Of a DNA stretch of 64,000 nucleotides, positions 39,651 to 50,652 are shown one piece after another (within the stretch, counting starts at the first letter, position 1; every line of letters begins with the position of its first letter). This DNA comes from Laetmonice hystrix (Eukaryota). Location: NCBI GenBank assembly GCA_965235115.1, contig OZ249436.1, positions 20,708,001 through 20,772,000 on the forward strand, in the 5' to 3' direction. The notes under the pieces were generated by a model that was not told where the DNA came from, made no database searches, and was given only the letters and a program-made list of their open reading frames with translations. The position numbers were made by a program, and so were the translations under genes.

Positions 39651-40407
39651 AACATCGCCAAGATGGAGCTCACAGTCAGTTCCATCCATCTGCGAACCAC
39701 AAAGTTTTCCTAACAAAATATCAAATGGACACCCAGGGTAAAACACACTTCGGAATTTCTTCAAATTCACTTCAAAAGTTGGGAAAATAATAATATTCTG
39801 ATGTGGCCCTACAGGGGCGGATCCAGAGGGGGTCGTTGACGGAGGGGGGGGGGCACCTGAGGTTGACCCCGGGGGGGGGGGGCGTATGGGTTAAACCCCT
39901 GCCTATAGGTTTTGTCAGGGCAGAAATGAGGGGAATGAGGGCAGGCAAAACAGCAAAAACAAGTGATATTTTAAGGATGATCCCTGATAAAACTTATAAA
40001 GTGACCAATAATTGGAACTTTGTACAAGCCAAATGAAGGAAGCATGATGCACGAGGAACTCATGCAGGACAAACCTTTACTTGGACCTATACAAAGTGGC
40101 AGTCCATTCCTCTACTACGGCGAGTACGTTGGTGCGGGGTGGGTACCAGAGGCGGATCCGAATTTTGTTTAGGAGAGGGGGGGGGGAAGCTTGAGGCTGA
40201 CCCGGCTGACCGTCGAGTAAATCTCCTGGCCCTCGGGACGGGGTCTCTGTCTATCCTGTTTATAACATCATCAAGATTTTAGGGCACATATATCCTCCTT
40301 AACACCCCCCCCCCCCCCATGGGCATCTAGGAGTGGAACGCCTATAAGCTGGCCTTCAAGCTGTGATTTTAACAAATGACTTTTAATAAACTCCTTCAAA
40401 GTCTATA

Positions 40408-40926
40408 CAGGGTGTAGAAAAAAAGTATACAGGCAGACATACGACCCAAAAGCAAACACCTTACATATTGGTAGATAACGGTTTCACGCTTTAATTAACA
40501 TCATCCTGTTGTCTTATCATCTCATGCCTGAGTGAACAGGGCATTTGGTGTACACCAGGTGAAAATCAACTTGCGCACAAGAAGGGAGAGCCTGTGGAAT
40601 GGCCCCCACGATCACCGGATCTAACATCACTGGCCTTTTTCTTTGTGGGGATTGGTTGTCATTAAAGGACATGTAAAATTTGCCTCTGGTGGTGTCTCAC
40701 TCTTTTTTAGAGCTTCCATTGTTGTGCGCAAGTTCATTTTCACCTGGTTGAGAGAGGGAGCCCCTGTTCACTCAGTTTTGAGATGATATAAAATCACGAT
40801 GATTAATGAAAGCATGAAACCTTTATCTACTAATATGTATGGACGGATTTCCTGATAATCTTACAGGGTTTGTTCCTGTATTGTATTTCTGCGTGTACTT
40901 GTATACTTTTTTTGGGATACACCCTG
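40408..40926 (+). mobile_element. Tc1/mariner deletion derivative with fold-back structure
   Basis: TA|CAGGGTGTA..aaaaaaagtataca and tgtatacttttttt..tacaccctg|TA ends, long internal inverted arms, and a central remnant tggcccccacgatcaccggatcta (WPPRSPDL) at 40600. Confidence 0.85.
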
Positions 40927-43187
40927 TAGTTATACAGATCTATATGTACAGATATTTTGAAGTAGGCCTATACAATCATGTCTAGTACTGTCTGGAATGA
41001 TGGTCAACAGCCAGAGACAGAGATCAATGGGAAGCCTGACCATGGGGTGGTATCTCTTACGCCTACCCAAAGATAACTTTTTCCTTTCCTCCGGTTTTGA
41101 GACCCATTTTGCATCGGCCTAGCCTTGTGACAAAAACACATCGGTCTCCAAATATGGCAATCCACGTGATTATTTCGCCATGGCAGTGAAATTCTTCCTT
41201 GTTTTTTTGGGTGTTACCGTTGTAAGTTACCCATTATTAACAGTGAGTGGTAATTATTTTTTCTTGTGTTTCGTACTTTCCTGAAAAAAAACGAACTTTT
41301 ATCTGCTAAAATACCCCATCATGAGGCCTATCCCTTCTGGTTTTAAAATTTATTCCTATTATACAGGGATAGTTTAATCGGGGGGTGGGGGGCAGGGGGC
41401 TTCCCCCCTTGAATTTTGATAACCCCAAAAGGTACATAATTTGGGAGGCATAATATCGGAATGAAAGGTCCACAATTTTGGATGTTTTGTGAAATACCCT
41501 TAGAAAAAGGTCCAATTTCTTTTAGAAAAGGTCCAAAATCTCAAATGTCCCCCCTTGGAGATTTGATAAAAAAAAATCCCCCCCCCCCCCGCAGCGCCGT
41601 AGATCCTCAGAGTCTATCCCCGCCTGTTTTGTACCTGAGTAGGTGCCCTTTGACAAGACCCTGAACCCCACCCTTCAAGAAATCGTGGATCCGCGCCTAT
41701 ACAATGACGAGATCGCCCACGCCAACTTGTAACACCAGGGAACGCGGTCGAAATGCGACAGCGCCGACAAGCGGGAATAAGTTAAAGCATAGATCTCGGC
41801 TGTTCAGTTGGACATTGGCCTACACCTTTTTCAGAGGAATTCAGGGAGTCTATGCTCGACGGTAGGCCCCCATCATCTTCCCATAGCTATAGGGACCCAC
41901 AAGAATGGTGGGGTTTAGATGATCATAGCGTCTGTATAACCCATTGGAAAGCATGGAAAAGTCAGACCACAATTAATTTTTTGTAACATATTGGAAAGCA
42001 CCGAAAATCCAGAACGTCATTCATTGGTGAAAAAATTATGTTTCTAACTTTATTGGTTCAAAAGTTATACATATTATACCGGGAAACAGGTGAAACAGCC
42101 CACGAGAGCATGCACCCATGCATTAATATAACCTAACAATCATCGTGTTTACTTGTCCCATTGTAGAAATAAACAGCGCATACTTTTGACGCATTTAACA
42201 TTTTGCCGGATAGGAATTGTGTTTTCGCTCATCCGCTGTCCTTGCTACCTGTAGTCAGCACAGACCTGGGTTTAGCCTATAGTTGTGACTGCACATGTGA
42301 CTGTGACTGTGGGACTGACCCCCGTCGATTTGCCCACCCGCCTCGGCTGCCTTTACTTTAGTCTAGTCTAGCCTAGCCCCGGCATGCAATAGATGGGCAC
42401 AATGACGTCACTTACTTCCAGCCAAATGGCTGCGCCACTGAAGCCAGTGATTTTGACACGGTTGTCATGTTCAACATATGACTTCTTGGAATGGGGGGAC
42501 ATTTATTTCCAACCACTACTCTGAAAGGTGAGTAGGCTATATTCTATATAGAGGCCTTGCAGCTGTTCAATTATGTGATTTTTGACTGGACTTCTCCTTT
42601 AAGCCTTCCTCGAGCTCTCAGATCTCGCGTTCCAAAGGCAAAGAACCATATCTAGGCCTATATTATGGTTCTTTGGAACCATCGACAGTTTTTTCAAGAC
42701 CCTGTAGGCCTAGCCTAACCCGGCCCCTCTTTTCCGGTATAACGAACTCAGTGTCAGGTATATGGAACCCTCTGGACACAATGTCATGTAGGCCTATAGG
42801 CCTATAGGCCTAGCCTATGTCTAAAGAACCAGTTTTCTTGAATGGGACCACCCCCCCCCCCGTGCCAAAGTTTTTTTTAGAGGTCCTAACTAACACTTGT
42901 ATCCGTCCGCTGTAACCCCTCCCGCCCCAATAGCCCCCCCCCCCCGGCCACCACCAATCTCTGGGCACGGCCCTGGAACCATCAACATTTCTAAAGAACC
43001 CTTTTTCCTTAACTAGGCCTAGGCCTAATAGGGTTCTCCATGGAACCATCCACATTTTCATGCCATTTCCAAAGAACCCTCGTAGAACCATGCTTCTAGT
43101 AAAGAGCATCTAAACTCTATAGGCGTAGGAACCGAGGGGGCGGGGGGGGGCGTCAACCCCCCCCCCCTCCCAATAGGCCTAGGCCTA

Positions 43188-45302
43188 GGGTAATTTGACC
43201 TACTATCGGCCACTACCTAATATCGGCCACTTTTCTCACATTTCCTGAAGTTTTAATAAACACAAGAATGCCATCTAGCGGTTTGTTATTCAAAAGAGAC
43301 AATAACGCCCTCTACCAACAACGTCACAAATCTCTTCTGACACATACGTCATCGGGAGCAGACGACCGTACGAGGTGAGGATTTTTTTTTGTAGGAATCC
43401 TACTATAACAATTTGACACAAACGCCATATAACAGTCCTGTGTTGTAATCATAAATGGCCCTAGATCTTTAAAATGACTAAGTTACTCGAAACTTTATGT
43501 ATTTTGCTGAGTATTTTCCCAGTTTAAGATGTGTCATTGAAAAAATTAAACATGCAGAGAACTCAAAACTGTCACACTCTCTATTTGACCTATTATCGGC
43601 CCCCTTTACGATCTAATATCGGCCTGGCCAATAATAGGTGAAAGGTGGCCAATAATAGGTTGAGACTGTCACTTCATAAAAACTAGGCCTATAGTTATTG
43701 GATATTAAAACAAGTTTAATATCGTACTCAGGGACATCACTGTAGAACATTTCTTTTGTAGAACAATTCAAAAAAAAGAGAGAGAGAGAGAAGATAATTA
43801 ATAGATAATTACTAATATTATGGTTGGGAACCCCCCCCCTCCCATCTCAGTTGGACCCCCCCCCTTATCTCAGTTCTGCCTACACCCCTGGAGGGGGGGG
43901 GGGTGACCATTTAGAAAATATGGACGTCTAGTGTGCAGTCCAGAGAGAAGATAGATTTTTTTTGCCTTGATTCTATGTATAAAGAAATATTTTTTAAATC
44001 CGGACCTGTCAATGCGTAGGGGGGCAGTGACGTGTACCCACGTCACCCTCCCTCCCCCCCCCCCCAGCTACGAGCCTGGACTAGGCCTATAAAAGGCCCT
44101 ACATTAAGTCTATCGTAGGGGAAATATAGGCCTAGGCCCCTATATAAAACTTTTCAAATTTACCATATAGGCCTAACTTAGGCCCATGGTGAATTAAAAT
44201 GGGATCTACGATACGTAAAATGTAATAGATAATCTCGGTTTATAATATGAAGTTTATTTAGATAGTATATAATTCTACAATTTAATTACTAATTTAATTT
44301 TATAATTTAATTATAATTTAATATTTTAATTTAATTATTTCATTTAATTAAATAAATTTAAATATAAAATTTAAGAAGTATAAAAGTACCCCATTAAAGG
44401 TATATCTTCCTTACGTAAAGATGTGGAGGGTCTACAGTCCCTTTTTTTAATTGCAGATGGCCCGCATTAAAAATATAAAGTAAGAAAACGGAAGTTATGG
44501 CACGAAACGGACATGGAACGAGCAATTGCATGCGTAAAAAGCAGGAGCTTGAGTGTGAGAACTGCAGTAAAGGAATTTCGTGTACCAAGATCGACGTTGC
44601 AGTATCGCATACAGTCTATGTGGGCGACATGGTCCTGGAGAGAAGCCTGGTCCAAAACCAAAACTCTGTCACATTATTTTAAACCATTTATACACGAATA
44701 GCAAGTAAACGATAAAATTTGATTTTGATTCAATAAATTCCTTGAGACTGTTTGTACAGAATTTATAGCCTACACGACTTCTTGTATTTGTTTAAGAAGA
44801 AGAAGACTTTTTTTAAGAAGAGGAAGAAGTCTAAGGCATAGGAAGGGCGGGTATAGACGTCCTAAGCTATGGGTCTAGCCTACTTAACACGTTTAGACCC
44901 TATCTGAAGGTCTCCATACCAAATTCTTCCCAGGGCTTCGTCCCAGCATGCCGTAAATAAATGAATTTCACTGTCTTTAACAAAAGGGTAGGCCCTACTG
45001 CTAATGAAAATCATGTGGCCGATAATTGGTTGCGCACAATTGAGACCTGGCCAATATTAGGTAAACCTGGCCGATAACTGGTAGGGCTAAATATAACATG
45101 TCTAAAATTTGGGGCCCTAGGCCTATAGGCCTAAAGGGCACTCGGAAATGTGTCACAAGCCTGTTGTTGTTTAAAAGTATCAAAATAATACATGTGCCAG
45201 TGGCTGGTTTCCAAAGACCCATGTGGATTCTTTTTCGTGAAGGTGATATGAGCTCTGAAAACAAGAACTTGAAGAAGTGGCCGATAACTGGTCAAATTAC
45301 CC
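43188..45302 (+). mobile_element. pogo-like (IS630-Tc1-mariner superfamily) defective DNA transposon, 2.1 kb
   Basis: 27-bp TIRs gggtaatttgacctactatcggccact / agtggccgataactggtcaaattaccc (3 mismatches), TA on both flanks, repeated subterminal tatcggcc/ggccgata motifs, and an internal HTH-psq remnant. Confidence 0.85.
44457..44617 (+). pseudogene. Truncated transposase N-terminus, pipsqueak-type HTH (HTH_psq/CENP-B-like)
   Basis: With one +1 frameshift it reads MARIKNISKKRKLWHETDMERAIACVKSRSLSVRTAVKEFRVPRSTLQYRIQS, matching W...DM..AI..V....S.R.A...F.VP.STL..R. The ATG follows a splice acceptor (ctttttttaattgcAG|ATG). No DDE domain follows. Confidence 0.8.
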
Positions 45303-45537
45303 TAGCCTAGGCCTATGTGTTTCAGCCCTCCAACATTTGGGTGCTTTCTTGGTCACGAGTCGAGGCGGGTTTCATGCCGATGTATCACGCATAAAAATTT
45401 TGTGAATTGGAATTTTGTTGATAGATTAGGCCTAGAGAGATTTTTGCTCCGATTCCGAGATGCTCAGAAAACGCGTCTCCGGCATTCCTGAAAAAAAAAA
45501 TTCTGGGGGAGGGCCCCCACATAATAGGCCTAGAGTA

Positions 45538-46582
45538 GAGAGGGGCAAGGCGCCCCCTTGAGGAAAGACGCCCCCTAGTGTTAACTCAGTTATTTATCCT
45601 TGAGTTGGGATTCCCTAGCGGTTATTTTGTGCACTAATGGACGTATAGTGTTGACGCCAGGCCGTACAAGACGATTTGAGATATTTTCACGAAAGTAGGT
45701 CAACATTACATTTCATGAATATTTTCGTATAAGGTTTGTGCAACACGCTTGTCCTCTGGTCACATTACCTTTGTGTGATTCAGCCTATGTAGGCCTACTA
45801 TCATGATAACATAACAGAAGTAATTATCTGTAAATGAGGGAAAAGAGTTCGACCATCCACGCCAAAGATTTTATGTCACGCTCGCCTCGGTAAAAAATAT
45901 ACCCGTGAGGCAAAACGCCCCCCACCCTGGGGGCAAGACGCCCCTAGGGGGGCCTCATGCCCCAATGGCCATTCGTATATCAAAGGATAAAACTGGTTAA
46001 AAAATCAAATAAAATGCTTGGGTGCAAAAGGGCGTTTAGAATTGGGCTAATTAAGCTAGCTTAGGCCTATTTGGCCTCTAGGGTGACAGACCTACTTTGT
46101 CCTGGGGCCTATCGATGTTGGAACTAGGCCCCCACCCCCAAAATAGCCATTTTTAATAGAAAAAGGGGGCCAGCCCCCCCCCCCTTGAAATTTGGGGGCT
46201 TTTCACAGCCCGCAAATGCATCTTATTTAAAATTCAACATAACAGATTGAAAGACCCACATGTATTCAAAAGAAACGAAAACTCGTGAAATAGAAAAAGG
46301 AAAAAGAGGAAATCTGCCAGGCTTTTATGGCTTGGATATAGGCGGATGGGGCAAGACGCCTCCAGGGGGGCGTCTTACCTCTGGTATGGGGCAAGACGCC
46401 CCTTTGCAATTTTATTCGAAATAATTCATTTTTTAAATGTTGTAAAAAGGATACAGCTAAATGATATCAGCAATAAGTAGCTAAGATGTATATGTTTCTT
46501 TCCACAAAAAAACTACTCGTGCTGATAAAACGGGACGGCCTGGTAATGCTTTGACCCTTAAAGGGGGCGCCTTGCCCCTCTC
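45538..46582. mobile_element. Non-autonomous TA-TSD DNA transposon (pogo/Tc1-mariner type)
   Basis: Perfect ~22-bp TIRs gagaggggcaaggcgccccctt / aagggggcgccttgcccctctc, TA flanks (45536-45537, 46583-46584), and internal repeats of ggggcaagacgcccc. Confidence 0.82.
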
Positions 46583-47359
46583 TACTCATCCCATACCCAG
46601 AAAAAGCTGACATGAAAAATCCGCAGGGAGACGCTGCAAGCGCTAGCATCGCTCGTTACCCTTGTTACGTCACAATGGACTGGTGATTGTTGCACCCATT
46701 GTGTCGTCACGATTATTCTATTTTCGGCCAGTGAGACGACTGAGACGATTTCTCAACTGAACCAAAGCTCAATCTCAACTAAACAAAACGATTTGAGCTC
46801 CGTCTCCACTGAGATCATCTCAAACTCACCATGGCATGAGATGAGATGAGCATGAGTCTGAGACGATGACCAAAAAACCGGGCCCTAGTCTTGAAACGAA
46901 TTTATTTTAGCCTTTTCTGAAGCGGGACTCCAGTTTCTTCCATACCTAACATGTTTCATGTCAGTAAAAACAGCTCAACTTCAACCCCCCCATGTAAACG
47001 AAAAAATTTCCTCGGAATTCCTTGGAACATACCCTGACGGGTACAGTACAATGTCGCCATCTGTCTATTAATCGTGCAACTAGAGTATCTCCCATATTGT
47101 GGTGCTGAGCACCGTTGATAATGTTGTGACATGCGGAAAATATCCTCGCCTTAGCGTTAAAAGGCTCGTTTGGGTCCTCATACTTCAACCACACCATGTA
47201 AATAGGGAAAAATGGTCAGATTGCTACGATTTTTTGAGAGAATACCTATAAAACCTCTCTGGTTCGAACAGCGATCGGGCAAATGGCACTGCTATACTTT
47301 ACCGCCCTCTACAGGCAATTTAAATAATCTCTCCATTCGATTTGGCTGTGGGCCCAATG

Positions 47360-47714
47360 GGCCGGAACTGCGCATGCGCAAGGCGCCAGTCATGAATTTC
47401 TGGACATGCCCCGCCAGGGCCCGCCTCGGTGGCCATGGATTATCACCCCCACCCCCCGAATCTTCAGCCCCCCCCCCCCCCCCCCACACACACTCCCAAC
47501 CAACCAAAAAGAGCCTCCTACGCCTATGACGAATGTAGCAGGCTTAGGCCTAACCTCATTAGCAGGGCCGACTGGCGCGGCTTTTTTTGGTCCTCGTCGC
47601 ATTTCTGAGTGGGACATAATGTTAGATCAAACCGCTAGACGGCGCTCCAAAACCGACGCCATCACACAGCGCCATCTAGAGTGAATAATTGGTGCATTCT
47701 GAACAAGACGAAAG
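47360..47714 (+). promoter_or_regulatory. Putative promoter and non-coding first exon of the 810-aa gene
   Basis: Perfect NRF1-type palindrome TGCGCATGCGCA (47369-47380), CpG-rich context, and a strong donor AAG|GTGAGA at 47714/47715. The matching acceptor (tttttttttctcttttacAG|) is at 50620, 32 nt before the ATG. Confidence 0.55.
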
Positions 47715-48170
47715 GTGAGAGTTGTGTAAAGGACCGGTTTGTTGTTATATTACGTGATCGTCTTCAGCATTTCGTCCCGTCCTTTAACATTTCGTCTCTA
47801 AGAATTTAATAATATTCAGAGAATAACGGGGAATTTTGTTTATGGCTCTAGGCAGTTGTATTTTTGGAAGCGAGTGTAGGGTCGAAGTTTGGGTCATCCG
47901 ACATCTCCCTATTATCACCCAGTGTCGTTGCCAAAACTGAATCAATTTCGACGATTTTGTCTATAATTTTAGGCTTCATGGCTTACATTATTTGTTATAT
48001 CGTCCTGAATAATATCTTCTGTTATAATATATGCAGTTTATTAATCTTTGAAGTTAATGTTTTGATCCTAAGACCTAAGTGGTCGTGTTCTTGGTTGTCC
48101 GATTGTTGAGTTGCATCTGGCGGAGTTGAGCCAGTGTAAACACTGACTAACGTTACAGGGAACCCACTAA

Positions 48171-49298
48171 TCTCTCCCAGGGTTCACCGCGCGGGCCGCC
48201 GATTTCACCTCTGTGGACATCCCGTTGCACAAAATTTGAACATACGATGTTCCCAGCAATATCATCTAGAAATTTGTATTAGTCATTTTTCTGTTTGTCC
48301 CCGACTTTACAGAGCAATGTCCCAATGACACACATTTCATGTCATGGATTCTTTGCATGGAATTTTGACTGATAACTGAGGAACTCTATCTTCGGACGGG
48401 TATTACTGGGGTATGTAATAAGGTCAGTGAACAAGTTGTGTAAATATACATTCGCTGGTTGTCAAGATTACGAGGGTACGAAATTGTAATGTAGAGCCAG
48501 TCAATTTCCGCGATCACGGAATCGCGGACGGAATCGCGGAATTTACTGTTTGAAACGGAATTTCCAGTGTAAAACGGAAAATAACGGAAAACATCTTTTT
48601 TACTACTGGTAATTCCCCAGCCGACCGTATACAGTGTCGCTGGGAGCTGGGTTGGTCTGGCTGGACCCTCTAGAGGAGTGGGGTGGGAGGGTCATGAATA
48701 TGCTCGAGCTCTTCTTAGAGCAAACAGACTGGACTTGCAAATGTGACAGGTGTGTATATATGGTTGTGCATTTTTTGGGACACGGGTCCTGTATACTGAG
48801 AAAATACTAAAACGGAAAAAAACGGAATTTTAAAAATTGAAAACGGAATTTCCTGGCAAGGATCATGGAATTTGACTGGGTCTAGTAACGTCACAAACTT
48901 TGCCGCTCTCCGGCGATGACAGTGCTTGGATTAAGAAGGAGGGACCTTCCTAAACAATTCTAAGTCTGTGACATTGTTTAGTTCAATATTTTATCCCTTT
49001 ATGTCACGTTTCGACGTCCGTCCTTGTGTATTTTAGGAGTTATGGGCATTTGAACTGCCGAAGCGAAGTACCGCCCGCCATTATATTTAGGGCCCGTTAC
49101 GATCACATTCCATTGTGACCCATTGTGACGTAGCAATATTGTGCATTGTTCCTGACGTCGCTGACATTGACAACGGGCTACACGTGCTCGTTGTTGCCCT
49201 GGTTATTCTCTAAAAAGCTAGTCCCGGCTAGATGTCAACAGAGGTGAAATCCGCGCCATCCGCGCCATCGTCCCCGGCGCAGTGAACCCTGGGAGAGA
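48171..49298. mobile_element. Long-TIR element ends (inverted pair) in intron 1
   Basis: tctctcccagggttcacc..gatttcacctctgtggacatc (48171-48221) is the inverted counterpart of gatgtcaacagaggtgaaatc..gtgaaccctgggagaga (49231-49298). No TSD was read. Confidence 0.55.
48492..48884. mobile_element. hAT-like MITE with 6-bp TSD
   Basis: TIRs tagagccagtcaatttccgcgatc / gatcatggaatttgactgggtcta (20/24), flanks GTAATG / GTAACG, and internal acggaa(t) repeats. Confidence 0.72.
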
Positions 49299-50652
49299 AT
49301 GGAAACCCACTACAATGAGAGACTTGTGTTACCGTCTTTTCCGCGTGGTGGCAGCACTATCACCCCAGTCCCCTTGGGCACATTATTATGACGTTAGATA
49401 GTACGACCAACGACGAAATGCTAATCTTTCGCTGGGTACCGTAGTGCTATTGGATCCATGCTATTTGTTATGAAATATTATTGTGCGTTTAGGAGTTTTT
49501 CAACATCGTGGAGCCTATCAAGTTATTATTTTTCATAACAAATAGTCTAAATGCATCCTGCCACAGATTAGCATTTCGCCGTTCTATCGTCATACTAATG
49601 TATAGCCAAGATGACCAAGATACCCAGGTGACCATCTTCGATTTTTTTCAAATTTGGCATGCAGTTAGATCTGTGTATCTGAAGTACAATCCTAAAATTT
49701 TGCTCCAAAATACCCGACGGTCTCCGAGTTACACCCCGATAAGCGGGGGAGGGGGTACCCCTGAAAAAAATGTGTTTAATTCTGAGCCGTATTTAGAGGG
49801 CTACCATTCAGAAACTAAGAGCTGGCAACCAACTAAAAGTTAAACTTCAATATGTAGAGACCAGGGAAAAGCAATAACATTTTAATTCTTTGCTTATTCC
49901 TTGGAGCACCATGCCCCCCAAAATAAAAAAAAAACACATCGGAGAAAATGAAATTAAATATTCAAAAAATTTTCATGCAAAGGTTCCTTCTTGCAACTTC
50001 TTGATCTTTGGGGATTTGATTTATGGGTATATGAAATGCATGTAGACACCAAAATAATCTTGCAAAATTAGACACAGGTGGTGCCACTAGTAACAAAAGT
50101 TGGCTGATCGCTAAATTAGATGACCCATTTTGAGAGGCCATTTTGCCTATGTTGACAAGGTGGAAGAGCATTAGGACATTTTTCCTTGATAAAGCCCATT
50201 TTTGCCATTAAGGAAAACTAAGTCCCTAATCCCTTCCATTATTCCTTCCCTGTCAAATAATTTTTCAAATATCCATTTTGGTAAAATTGTTTTTATATCA
50301 TAAAATTTTTATTACTTGCCACAGAATTCTTGAAAGTGGTAAACAGCCTAAAACTGTTGGTCTTTTGTAGATTTTGTATTAGATTTAAATCTAATTAGAT
50401 TTAAATTAATTAGTTAATTACCAGTAAAAGCTCAACAGTTTAGGCTATTTGCCGGCATGCACTGTGACCTCTGTACTAGTGTGCTAGGATTCTAGGAATG
50501 TATCAATAGTATGCAAGCTTACATGTGATTTCATATTTTCCAACACAGATACAATATGAAGTCAAAAGAATGTAAACAAATAAATTAAACCAATTGTGTG
50601 TTTTTTTTTCTCTTTTACAGTGTAGATTGAGTCTGGATTCAGCTTTCCAAAC

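Noticed and set aside
42640-43100. Cluster of ggttct/agaacc motifs like EnSpm/CACTA subterminal repeats
   Set aside because: No CACT termini or TSD could be identified.
43120-47528. taggcgtagga / tcctacgccta as the two TIRs of one large element
   Set aside because: There is no matching TSD under any boundary choice, and the ends may come from different copies of related families.
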